Assembly (NCBI GenBank): GCA_964427405.1
Contig: CAYRUB010000009.1
Coordinates: 5,129-69,128 of the forward strand
DNA length: 64,000 nt
Direction: 5' to 3'
DNA from: an uncultured Planctomycetales bacterium
GTDB lineage: Bacteria > Omnitrophota > Gorgyraeia > Gygaellales > Profunditerraquicolaceae
Of the stretch, positions 39,019-48,003 are shown one piece after another; position 1 is the stretch's first letter, and each line of letters starts with the position of its first letter. The notes under the pieces were generated by a model. That model was not told the DNA's origin. It did not search any database and saw only the letters and a list, made by a program, of their open reading frames with translations. A program made the translations under genes and the position numbers.

Positions 39019-39734
39019 AGATAAAATTAAGGCAGAAAGATAACGTAATTATCATGGATTTATCCGGCGGCATAGATGTTAATTCCGCAAATCTCGTGGA
39101 GGTAGTCGGCCAGTGCCTGCGTGACGGATATACGGATATACTCTGTAACTTAGAGGAGATTGAAGGTATTGATTATATGGGCATCTCGGTTGTGGTTATC
39201 GCTTATAAAGAGGTAATCAATAGCCAGGGCAGGATGAAGTTTTTGAATATCCCGGCGCACCTTAGGGGGGTGTTTGCGGTTTCCGGTATGGACAGAGTTA
39301 TCGAGGTTTACGCCACGGAGGATTTAGCGGTGAATAGTTTTAAGGAAGACAAAGCTATCGAGAATATCAAAAAGATGCAGCTGCGCCGAAGGTTTAAGCG
39401 TCTGCCCATTGATTTAAAAATAGAATTAAAGTCTAAATCCTCGAACTCGCCAAGTTGCCTTAAGGTTGATATATTGAATTTGAGCGCGGTGGGCGCTTTT
39501 ATATTCGGTTGCGATAGTTTTAAGCTTGGAGATGAGGTGATACTTAAGATGAGGCTGGCACCAAAGAAAGAAGAGCTCATAATTGAGGCAGCTGTTGTAT
39601 GGATTCCGGATAAAGAGGTCCAGCCCCATGAATATCCTGGTATAGGTGTGGAATTCCGCAATATTTCCGCTTTAGTCCAGCAGGAATTAATTGATTTTAT
39701 CGAGCGCAACCTTTCTTTTTTATCTTCTGATTAA
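39012..39734 (+). CDS. STAS (anti-sigma-factor antagonist) domain fused to a C-terminal PilZ (c-di-GMP binding) domain
   Basis: N-terminal STAS-like fold (IIMDLSG...LEEIEGIDYMGISVVV). PilZ motifs RRRFKR (RxxxR) and DILNLSAVGAF (D/NxSxxG). Confidence 0.6.
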   Translation: MLEIKLRQKDNVIIMDLSGGIDVNSANLVEVVGQCLRDGYTDILCNLEEIEGIDYMGISVVVIAYKEVINSQGRMKFLNIPAHLRGVFAVSGMDRVIEVYATEDLAVNSFKEDKAIENIKKMQLRRRFKRLPIDLKIELKSKSSNSPSCLKVDILNLSAVGAFIFGCDSFKLGDEVILKMRLAPKKEELIIEAAVVWIPDKEVQPHEYPGIGVEFRNISALVQQELIDFIERNLSFLSSD

Positions 39735-39744
39735 TTATTAAAAT

Positions 39745-40401
39745 ATGAAAAAGCTAAAAGTTAGGCCAAAGGCGATTATTTTTGATATGGATGGAGTAAT
39801 TGTTGATTCTATGCCGTATCATTTTATTGCCTGGTATGAGGCTTTACGGCCATGGGGCGTGCGGGTGAGTTGTTTTGAGGTTTACGCTCAGGAAGGCGAA
39901 CGTTGGGAAACTACATTAAAAGGTCTGCTAAAACGCGAGAAGATTAAGCCGTCAAAGAAGATTTTAAGGGCGATATTTAAGCTGCGCCAGGAGATATTCA
40001 AGCGTTATTTTAAGCGCCATATCTTCCATGGCGCTTGCGAGCTGCTGGTTGAATTAAAAGGCGAGGGTTTTATGCTAGGGTTGGTTACGGGCAGCCCGCT
40101 CAATGAGATAAAAAGAATTTTGCCTGTTAAAATGCGTAAACTTTTTAATATCATAGTAGCTGGTAACCAGGTTAAAAATGGCAAGCCTCATCCTGAGCCG
40201 TATCTTAGGGCAGCCGGGCTGTTGAGGCTTGAGCCAGAATCTTGCCTGGTTATAGAAAATGCGCCATTCGGTATTATCTCGGCTAAGAAGGCCGGGATGC
40301 CCTGTATTGCCGTTTCCACCAGTTTACCTAAAGAGTATTTGCTTGATGCCGATATTGTAGTCAACCAGCTAAATCAGATCTCCGGTTACATCCCGCTTTA
40401 A
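39745..40401 (+). CDS. HAD-IA family hydrolase (beta-phosphoglucomutase-like)
   Basis: IIFDMDGVIVDS motif I. Downstream HAD motifs. Confidence 0.7.
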   Translation: MKKLKVRPKAIIFDMDGVIVDSMPYHFIAWYEALRPWGVRVSCFEVYAQEGERWETTLKGLLKREKIKPSKKILRAIFKLRQEIFKRYFKRHIFHGACELLVELKGEGFMLGLVTGSPLNEIKRILPVKMRKLFNIIVAGNQVKNGKPHPEPYLRAAGLLRLEPESCLVIENAPFGIISAKKAGMPCIAVSTSLPKEYLLDADIVVNQLNQISGYIPL

Positions 40402-40514
40402 TTACATATCTTATTGGTATTCTTGCGTTTTAATCCTTTAAACTATTTGCTTGAAGGTGTCTTCTGTGATATTATATTTGTTTAAAGCACCTTATTATAG
40501 AGAGGAGTAGGAAG

Positions 40515-40787
40515 ATGGATTGGAAGGTTTTTTTGGCTACTTTTGGCGCGGTATTCTTCGCGGAATTGGCGGATAAGACCCAGTTGGTTGGCATAGGCAT
40601 GGCAGCTAAGACTGGTAAGCCTGTTTCTGTCTGGTTAGGTTCGGTATCGGCTTATGTCATTGTTACGGTGATCTCGGTCTTTCTGGGGGCGATTTTGGCT
40701 AAATTTATCAGGCCGGAGCTGATCCGTTATATCGGCGCATCTTTATTTATAATTATCGGGTTTTTAATGCTTTTTAAGGCAATTTAA
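40515..40787 (+). CDS. UPF0016/GDT1-family membrane protein (half-size)
   Basis: E-x-G-D-(KR)-(TS) type motif AELADKTQL. 3 TM helices. Confidence 0.65.
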   Translation: MDWKVFLATFGAVFFAELADKTQLVGIGMAAKTGKPVSVWLGSVSAYVIVTVISVFLGAILAKFIRPELIRYIGASLFIIIGFLMLFKAI

Positions 40788-40796
40788 ATTTCCGTT

Positions 40797-41858
40797 ATGT
40801 TTTTGTCGAGAGAGTATCTCTATAATTTAGTTACTTGCAGGACAAAGGGGCCGTTGGCAGCGTTTTTAAGGGGGCTGCTATTTGTGTTTTCTTTAGTTTA
40901 CGGTTTGGTTGTAGTTATTATGGCGGGTTTTTATAGAATTCGCCCGGCACACGTTAATTGTAAAGTAATTAGCGTAGGCAATATTACTTTGGGAGGTACA
41001 GGTAAGACCAGCCTTGTGGAATATCTAGCTGCCAAACTCAGTCAGAAAGGCAATAAAGTAGCGGTGCTCACCCGGGGTTATAAAAGAGATGCCAGCCTTT
41101 CTGGAGCGCGGGGTATGGGAGATGAGCCGGCGATGTTGCAGAAAAAGCTTCCGCAAGTGCCTGTGGTTGTGGATAGCGACAGGCTAAAAGCGGCCGCCAG
41201 GGCAATCAAGGATTATGCTGCGGACACCCTTATTCTTGACGATGGTCTGCAGCAATGGCGGATATTCAAAGATTTAGAGATTGTGACTATTGATGCCCGG
41301 AATCCTTTCGGTAATTCCCGTTTGCTTCCGGCTGGTTTTTTGCGCGAACCGTTGAACGCCTTAAACCGGTCAGATATATTTGTATTGACTCAAGTTGGCC
41401 CTGGTCAGGATACCGCAGGCCTTACGGCTAGATTAAGACAACTAAATCCCCGGAGCCTGATTGTAGAGTCGAGGCATTGCCCTCAGGGTTTTAGCAATCT
41501 GAATAAGCCGGATGAAATTTTAAGCATAGATAGCTTTAAGGGGAGATCCACGATAGTCTTTTCAGGTATAGGTAATCCGCAGGCCTTCGAGAACACGGTT
41601 TGTTCGTTAGGGGTTAATATAACGGAGGCTTTAAGATTCGCTGACCACCACGATTATACACAAACAGATTTAGACGGTATTATTAAATGCGCTAGAGAGA
41701 TGAATTTAGATACGATTATCACAACTGAGAAAGATGCTATAAAAATTTCCAGGCTTAAAATTAATCATCCGGGGATATTCTCTTTGAATATTAAACTGAG
41801 CATAACTAAAAATGAAGCAGAATTTGATCGCCGATTACTTAAGTTGTATTCTCTTTAG
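40797..41858 (+). CDS. lpxK: Tetraacyldisaccharide 4'-kinase
   Basis: Walker A VISVGNITLGGTGKTS. N-terminal TM anchor. Confidence 0.8.
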   Translation: MFLSREYLYNLVTCRTKGPLAAFLRGLLFVFSLVYGLVVVIMAGFYRIRPAHVNCKVISVGNITLGGTGKTSLVEYLAAKLSQKGNKVAVLTRGYKRDASLSGARGMGDEPAMLQKKLPQVPVVVDSDRLKAAARAIKDYAADTLILDDGLQQWRIFKDLEIVTIDARNPFGNSRLLPAGFLREPLNALNRSDIFVLTQVGPGQDTAGLTARLRQLNPRSLIVESRHCPQGFSNLNKPDEILSIDSFKGRSTIVFSGIGNPQAFENTVCSLGVNITEALRFADHHDYTQTDLDGIIKCAREMNLDTIITTEKDAIKISRLKINHPGIFSLNIKLSITKNEAEFDRRLLKLYSL

Positions 41859-43797
41859 GGCCGCCAGTTTCTTTACTTTTTTGCTGCCTTTAAATATGAG
41901 CCTGTTTTTGGGCAGGAGGCTGGGGGATTTAATTTACTTTTTTGATGCCCGGCATCGCGCGGTCGCCTACGCGAATATCAAGAAGGCTGTGACAATAAAT
42001 AATGATTTCCGGATAAGTGCAAAGATAACCCGTAAGACTTATCAGGCTTTTGGGCAGAATCTTATAGAGATCTCTTTTATCCCGCGTATAGATAAAAGGT
42101 ATCTTGAAAAATATATCCATATCGAAAACCGCCATTTTGTTGACGAAGCTTTTAAAAGAGGCAAGGGGGTAATTTTTCTTATCGTGCATGAAGGCAACTG
42201 GGAACTTTCTAATATCATCTGCGCAAACCTTGGGTTTCCTTTTATTCTCTTTGTGCGCGATCAGGGGTTCCCGCGTTTAAATAACCTGCTTAATATCTAT
42301 CGGCTTAAACAAGGGGCAAAACTTATCCATAAACAAGGGGGTTTACGGGAGTTGATTGAGGTTCTTAAAAACAACCAGTCAATCGGGATGACTACTGATC
42401 AGGGTGGTAAAAAGGGAGAGATTGTGAAATTCCTTGGCAAATCTGCCTCCATGTCTACCGGAGCGATGAAACTTGCTTTGAAATATGACTGTTCCATAAT
42501 TCCTGTTTTTTATACGCGCGTAAAAGGCCCCCATACTAAAGTTATCCTGGATCAGGTTTTTACGGTAACTAAAAGAGGGGATGCGCAAAATGACCTGCGG
42601 GATAATCTGCAGAGGCTGGCTAATATTTACGAGAAATATATTCAGCAATATCCTTATGAGTATCTCTGGACTTATAAGATATGGAAATACGGTAAAGAGA
42701 GGGAGGTCTTAATCCTTTCTGATGGCAAAGCCGGGCACTTGCATCAGTCTGAAAGCGTGGCTAAATTGATTAACCGGCAATTATCAAAACGGGGAATAAA
42801 ATCTACATTGTCTATCTGTGAGGTAAAATTCCGCAGCCGCCTGTCCAGGTTTATATTCAACTGTATGGCTGTTTTTAACGGTAAGTATCAATGCCATCTC
42901 TGCCTGTGTTATCTGCGTCATGCTTTGACTGTCGAAAGTTGGCAGGGTTTAATTAATCTTAAGCTTGATATTATTATTTCTGCCGGAGATAAATTGAGCG
43001 CGGTAAATTATATATTGTCTAAAGCAAACCAGGCCAGGTCTATTGTTGTAATGCGGCCGGCCAATCTAAGCCTGAAAAAGTTTGATCTGGTGGTTATTCC
43101 CCGGCACGACTGTTCGGAGTGGCGTGGTTTAGCCTTCGGTGGCCAAAGCCGCAGGACGAAAAAGAATGTGGTGGTAACTGAGGGGGCGCTTAATTTAATT
43201 GACGCGGATTACTTAAAAGAAAGATCATCCGGGTTGCAGCAGAGCGGACTTTTAAAAGGCCCTTTGCTTAATCCCTGTATAGGCGTATTAATCGGGGGTA
43301 ATAGCAAGGGGTTTGCGGTTAGTCGTCAGGCAATAGTAGAGTTGGCAGGCCAAATTAAACAATCCGCTGAAGAGCTGAACGCGGATATCCTGCTTACTAC
43401 ATCACGTCGCAGCCCGTCTGAAGCGGAACAGGCTTTAAAGAAAGAGTTTGAAAATTACCCACGCTGTAAACTTTTGATTATTGCTAATGAGAATAATCAT
43501 CCTGATGTTATAGGCGGTATCCTGGGTTTAAGCAGTATAATCATTAGCTCTCCGGAGAGTATTTCGATGATCTCCGAAGCGGTTATGGCGAAAAAATACG
43601 TTGTGGTATTTAAGGCCAACGGCCTTAGTAAAAAGCATCAACGTTTTCTAAGGAATTATCAGGGCAAAAGATATATATATTTAAAACAGACTAAAGAGTT
43701 GTCCGGATTGATTAAGGAGATATTACAGAATCATCCTGAAATAAGTTTTCCCGAGGATAACTTAAGAGTAAACGCAGGGTTAGATAAAATACTATGA
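41812..43797 (+). CDS. lpxL: Lipid A secondary (lauroyl/myristoyl) acyltransferase LpxL/HtrB domain fused to a C-terminal ELM1/DUF1022-like putative glycosyltransferase domain
   Basis: N-terminal 300 aa have the LpxL pattern (TM anchor, HEGNWEL HX4E-type motif). The C-terminal 360 aa begin VLILSDGKAGHLHQSE, like ELM1-family proteins. The start may be the internal ATG near 41896. Confidence 0.6.
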   Translation: MKQNLIADYLSCILFRAASFFTFLLPLNMSLFLGRRLGDLIYFFDARHRAVAYANIKKAVTINNDFRISAKITRKTYQAFGQNLIEISFIPRIDKRYLEKYIHIENRHFVDEAFKRGKGVIFLIVHEGNWELSNIICANLGFPFILFVRDQGFPRLNNLLNIYRLKQGAKLIHKQGGLRELIEVLKNNQSIGMTTDQGGKKGEIVKFLGKSASMSTGAMKLALKYDCSIIPVFYTRVKGPHTKVILDQVFTVTKRGDAQNDLRDNLQRLANIYEKYIQQYPYEYLWTYKIWKYGKEREVLILSDGKAGHLHQSESVAKLINRQLSKRGIKSTLSICEVKFRSRLSRFIFNCMAVFNGKYQCHLCLCYLRHALTVESWQGLINLKLDIIISAGDKLSAVNYILSKANQARSIVVMRPANLSLKKFDLVVIPRHDCSEWRGLAFGGQSRRTKKNVVVTEGALNLIDADYLKERSSGLQQSGLLKGPLLNPCIGVLIGGNSKGFAVSRQAIVELAGQIKQSAEELNADILLTTSRRSPSEAEQALKKEFENYPRCKLLIIANENNHPDVIGGILGLSSIIISSPESISMISEAVMAKKYVVVFKANGLSKKHQRFLRNYQGKRYIYLKQTKELSGLIKEILQNHPEISFPEDNLRVNAGLDKIL

Positions 43798-45884
43798 AGA
43801 TACTGCAGATATTGCCTGAACTTAATGTGGGTGGAGTTGAGACCGGGACCTTGGACTTGTCCAAATACCTGGTGCGCCTGGGTCATAAAGTAGTAGTGGT
43901 TTCTGCCGGCGGAGCCCTAGTCGGGGAGCTTGAAGCAAGCGGCGCTAAACACTACACATTGGCAGTGCATAAAAAGTCAATCTTTTCTATATATAAATTA
44001 ATTCCTCTCTTAGCGGAGATAATCAAGCGGGAGGAGATTGATATAGTGCATGCCCGTTCGCGCGTTCCGGCTTGGATTGCTTATTTTGCCTGCCGCAGGA
44101 CTAATGCCGTATTTATAACTACTTGTCATGGCTACTATAAGAAGCATCTTTTCAGCATGGTAATGGGTTGGGCTAAGAGAGTGATTGTTTTAAGTAATGT
44201 GATTGCCCGGCATATGATCGAAGATTTTGCAGTGCCTCATGACCGGATCAGGCTGGTGCCGCGCAGCGTGGATTTGGAGAGATTTAAATATCTTGACCCT
44301 AAGTCAAAGAGAAAAGAGGAATTTAACGTAGGGATTATCGGCAGGATTACTCCTTTAAAAGGGCACCTGCATTTTATTAAGGCTATGGCGCGTATCTCCA
44401 GGACTGTCCCCCGTTTAAAAATCTGGATAGTTGGAGATGCCCCGGCATCAAAAGAGGCGTATAAGGAAGAGGTGCAGGTGTTAGTGCGCCGGCTTGGCCT
44501 TTGGCATTGCACAGAGTTTTTAGGCACGCAGAGGGATATCCCTGGGATATTAGCGCATTTGGATCTGGTAGTTTTAGCTACGACGACCCATGAGGCATTT
44601 GGCCGGGTAGTGGTTGAGGCCCAGGCTTCCGGCGTACCGGTAGTAGCTACAAAGGTAGGCGGGGTAATTGATATTATTGAGGATGGTAAAAACGGGCTAT
44701 TAGTGCCTCCGGCAGATCATAAAAGCATGGCCGATGCCATACTGCGTATTTATGAAGATACGCAGTTAGCCCAGAACTTGGCAGAAAATGCTTATGTGAA
44801 GATTAAAGAAGAATACACGGTGGAGTTGATGGTTAAGAATACCCTGGATGTCTACCGCGACGCCTTGAGTAATTTTAAGATTCTGATAATTAAATTGAGT
44901 TCTCTGGGTGATATAATTCTTTCTACAGCGGCATTGAGGGCGGTTTGGGAGAAGTTTTCTCAGGCAAACTATAAGATAAGTTTTTTAACCAGTGAGGAGT
45001 CAAAGGACGCCCTACTGAGAAGCCCTTATATTGACGAGCTTTTGGTCTGTGATTTAAAAAATAATGACAAAGGGTTAAAGGGGCTATTGGGTATTGGTGG
45101 TATCTTAAGGAAGAAGAATTTTGACATCGTTATCGACCTGCAGAATAGTCGGGCCAGCCACATACTTTCTTATCTAAGCGGTTGCGTTAATTGCTATGGC
45201 TATGATAATAAAAAGTTTTCTTTTCTGCTCCAGCACCGTATTAAAGATGAAAAACCGCCTATTGATCCGGTAACGCATCAGTTCAGAATATTAAAAATGC
45301 TCGGTATCGATCTTTTGAATAATTCACTTGAGCTTTGGCCGTCTGCCGAGGATATAAAACATGTGGATGAGCTTTTAAATGCTCAATGGTTAAGCGAGGC
45401 GCAAAAAATAGTGGGGATCAATATCAGCGCATCCAAGAGATGGAGCACTAAGCTTTGGCCGCAGCAATACCTGATGCGGCTCTGCGAAGAGTTGGGGTTG
45501 CGTGATATCCGCGTAGTGGTTACAGGCACTGCCCAGGATTTAGCTTACGCCGATATGCTCGTAAATTCGCTGAAAGGTACCAAAATTATTAATGCCTGCG
45601 GGAAAACCAGCGTAAACGAACTGGCAGCTTTGATTAAGAAATGCAATGTGTTTATTTCGGCCGACTCTTCGCCTTTGCATGTCGCATCCGCGGTAGGGAC
45701 TCCTTTTATCGCTCTTTTTGGACCGACTGACAGCCGCCGGCATCTGCCTCCCGGCAAGAGCTGCACTGTGATTAATAAAAATCTTGACTGCAGTCCTTGT
45801 TATAAAACTAAATGTCGGACTAAACGCTGTATGACGCAGATTTCTCCGGAGGAAGTGCTCGCGGCAATAGATAAATTATTATAA
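43794..45884 (+). CDS. Fusion of a GT4 (group 1) glycosyltransferase and a GT9 (heptosyltransferase-family) glycosyltransferase
   Basis: N-terminal GT4 (NVGGVETGTLDL ... E-x7-E region). C-terminal GT9 starting ILIIKLSSLGDIILS. Confidence 0.7.
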   Translation: MKILQILPELNVGGVETGTLDLSKYLVRLGHKVVVVSAGGALVGELEASGAKHYTLAVHKKSIFSIYKLIPLLAEIIKREEIDIVHARSRVPAWIAYFACRRTNAVFITTCHGYYKKHLFSMVMGWAKRVIVLSNVIARHMIEDFAVPHDRIRLVPRSVDLERFKYLDPKSKRKEEFNVGIIGRITPLKGHLHFIKAMARISRTVPRLKIWIVGDAPASKEAYKEEVQVLVRRLGLWHCTEFLGTQRDIPGILAHLDLVVLATTTHEAFGRVVVEAQASGVPVVATKVGGVIDIIEDGKNGLLVPPADHKSMADAILRIYEDTQLAQNLAENAYVKIKEEYTVELMVKNTLDVYRDALSNFKILIIKLSSLGDIILSTAALRAVWEKFSQANYKISFLTSEESKDALLRSPYIDELLVCDLKNNDKGLKGLLGIGGILRKKNFDIVIDLQNSRASHILSYLSGCVNCYGYDNKKFSFLLQHRIKDEKPPIDPVTHQFRILKMLGIDLLNNSLELWPSAEDIKHVDELLNAQWLSEAQKIVGINISASKRWSTKLWPQQYLMRLCEELGLRDIRVVVTGTAQDLAYADMLVNSLKGTKIINACGKTSVNELAALIKKCNVFISADSSPLHVASAVGTPFIALFGPTDSRRHLPPGKSCTVINKNLDCSPCYKTKCRTKRCMTQISPEEVLAAIDKLL

Positions 45885-46975
45885 TGAATATATTATTTAT
45901 CGCCAATCATCTTAATGTGGGGGGTATCTCCAGCTACCTGTTTACTTTAGCAGGCGGGTTAAAGCAAAATGGCCATAATGTTTATGTTGCCTCCAGCGGC
46001 GGTGAGCTTGTGGAGAAATTTACGGCAGCAGGTATAGGACATATAGTCGTTCCGCTAAGAACGAAAAAAGAAGTTAGCCCAAAGATTATCTTTAGTTTTT
46101 TCAAGCTCAGGAAAGAAATTAAAAGACTTAAGATTGATTTGCTGCATTCCAACAGCCGGACTACTCAGGTCTTAGGGAGTTTATTGAGCCGTTATTCGGG
46201 CAGGCCGCATATTTTTACCTGCCACGGATTTTTTAAACCGAAATTATCGCGCAGGTTTTTTCCTTGTTGGGGCCAGGGTCTGATTGCCATAAGCCGAGAG
46301 GTAAAAGAGCATCTGGTTATTGATTTTAAACTGGATGCAGGAAAGATAGTGGTAATTAATAACGGTATAGACCTGCAAAGCTTCGGTGATTTTACAGGCA
46401 GGCAAAAGTTTAGAGAAGTTTTAGGCATAGGAGATGCCCCTTTAGTTGGGATCGTTGCCCGTTTATCCGATGTTAAAGGGCATACTTATCTTTTTAAAGC
46501 CATGCAAAATGTCCTGAAGGGTTTTCCCTCGGCTAAATTACTTGTTGTAGGCGAAGGGAAGATGAAGGATGCGCTGGTCAAGGAAGCGGATAATTTAGCT
46601 ATTAAGGATAATATTTTATTCTTACCGCAAGTTGGAGGCACTGAAAATGTGCTTGCGGCCATGGATGTTTTTGTTATGCCGTCATTGCAGGAAGGCCTGG
46701 GCCTGGCGCTTATGGAGGCAATGGCACAGGGATTGGCAGTTGTAGGTTCTGCGGTGGGCGGGATAAAAACTTTAATTAAAGATAAAGTTAATGGTTTGTT
46801 GGTTGAACCTGCTGAGCCGGCGGCTTTAGCAGAGGCGATCACGCGGCTGCTAAGTGATAAAGGGATGCGCGATAATTTAGGCGCCAACGCGCGAAAATTT
46901 ATTATGGATAATTTCTCTAAAGAAAAAATGGTTAAAGATACAGAAGGAGTCTATAAGCAGTGCAAACTCAGGTAA
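45884..46975 (+). CDS. GT4 (group 1) glycosyltransferase, WaaG-like
   Basis: HLNVGGISSY N-terminus and a GT4 C-terminal EGLGLALMEAMA block. Confidence 0.75.
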   Translation: MNILFIANHLNVGGISSYLFTLAGGLKQNGHNVYVASSGGELVEKFTAAGIGHIVVPLRTKKEVSPKIIFSFFKLRKEIKRLKIDLLHSNSRTTQVLGSLLSRYSGRPHIFTCHGFFKPKLSRRFFPCWGQGLIAISREVKEHLVIDFKLDAGKIVVINNGIDLQSFGDFTGRQKFREVLGIGDAPLVGIVARLSDVKGHTYLFKAMQNVLKGFPSAKLLVVGEGKMKDALVKEADNLAIKDNILFLPQVGGTENVLAAMDVFVMPSLQEGLGLALMEAMAQGLAVVGSAVGGIKTLIKDKVNGLLVEPAEPAALAEAITRLLSDKGMRDNLGANARKFIMDNFSKEKMVKDTEGVYKQCKLR

Positions 46976-48003
46976 AATACCCTAAACAACGCATTCTTAT
47001 CTTTAATGTCAATTGGCTGGGGGATGTCTTGTTTTCCACCGCGACCATCAGGAATGTGCGTAGGAATTACCCGGACGGTTATATCGCCTGCGTAATTCCC
47101 AGCCGCTGTTACCCGATATTAAAAGGCAACCCGCATTTAGATGAAGTGATCATCTTTGACGAGAAGGATAGGCATAAGAGCATGCTGGCCAAGCTCAATT
47201 TTATCAGCCTGCTTAGAAGTAAGAAATTTGATATTGTATATCTATTGCATCGTTCATTTAGCCGGGCATTAATTTGCCGCCTGGCCGGGATAGAACAGAG
47301 GATTGGCCATAATACTAAAAAACGCGCTTTCCTTCTTACCCAAAAAATCACTCCGCCAAAAAAAGATTCCCTACACCGCATAGATTTTTACCTGAATGTT
47401 ATTGAAAAGGCAGGCTTGCGCGTGGAGGACAGGTATCTGGATTTTGTTTTTACTCCCGAAGAAGAGAAATATGTGGATGATTTTTTAAGTAAAAACGCTA
47501 TCAGTAAGGATGATTTTGTAGTTGCGCTTAATCCCGGAGGGAACTGGATGCCTAAACGTTGGCCCAAGGATTATTGGGCCCGGTTAGCGGACATATTGAT
47601 TAGTGAAATGAACGTAAAAATAATTATTACGGGCAGTATCTCTGACCTGTCGCTGTCTAACCAGATAAAAGAAATGATGAAAGAGAAGCCCTTGGTTACA
47701 TGCGGGGTTTTTAATATAAAACATCTAGGCGCGCTAGCCAGGCGGGTAGATTTGTTTGTTACCGCGGATACCGGGCCGATGCATATTGCCAATGCCGTAG
47801 GGGCTAAGAAGATAATAGCAATCTTTGGCCCGACAGCCAGGGAAATTACCGGGCCGTATCCGGATACCAATGTGGTTGTATTACAGAAAGATATTGGCTG
47901 CCCGATTCCATGTTATAAAGTAAGCTGCCGGGATAATCGTTGCATGAAAGCGGTTACCCCTGATGATGTTTTAGCGGAAGTCCGGAAAATCAGGAAATCA
48001 TGA
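46960..48003 (+). CDS. GT9 ADP-heptose:LPS heptosyltransferase family
   Basis: RILIFNVNWLGDVLFS N-terminus. GT9 C-terminal block TGPMHIANAVG. Confidence 0.75.
   Translation: MQTQVKYPKQRILIFNVNWLGDVLFSTATIRNVRRNYPDGYIACVIPSRCYPILKGNPHLDEVIIFDEKDRHKSMLAKLNFISLLRSKKFDIVYLLHRSFSRALICRLAGIEQRIGHNTKKRAFLLTQKITPPKKDSLHRIDFYLNVIEKAGLRVEDRYLDFVFTPEEEKYVDDFLSKNAISKDDFVVALNPGGNWMPKRWPKDYWARLADILISEMNVKIIITGSISDLSLSNQIKEMMKEKPLVTCGVFNIKHLGALARRVDLFVTADTGPMHIANAVGAKKIIAIFGPTAREITGPYPDTNVVVLQKDIGCPIPCYKVSCRDNRCMKAVTPDDVLAEVRKIRKS

Noticed and set aside
40402-40514. Possible yybP-ykoY (Mn) riboswitch upstream of the UPF0016 gene
   Set aside because: Only GGAGTAGG at the RBS resembles the conserved GGGGAGUAG block. 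The 5' leader is AT-rich, with no convincing four-way junction or second conserved block. Support is insufficient.
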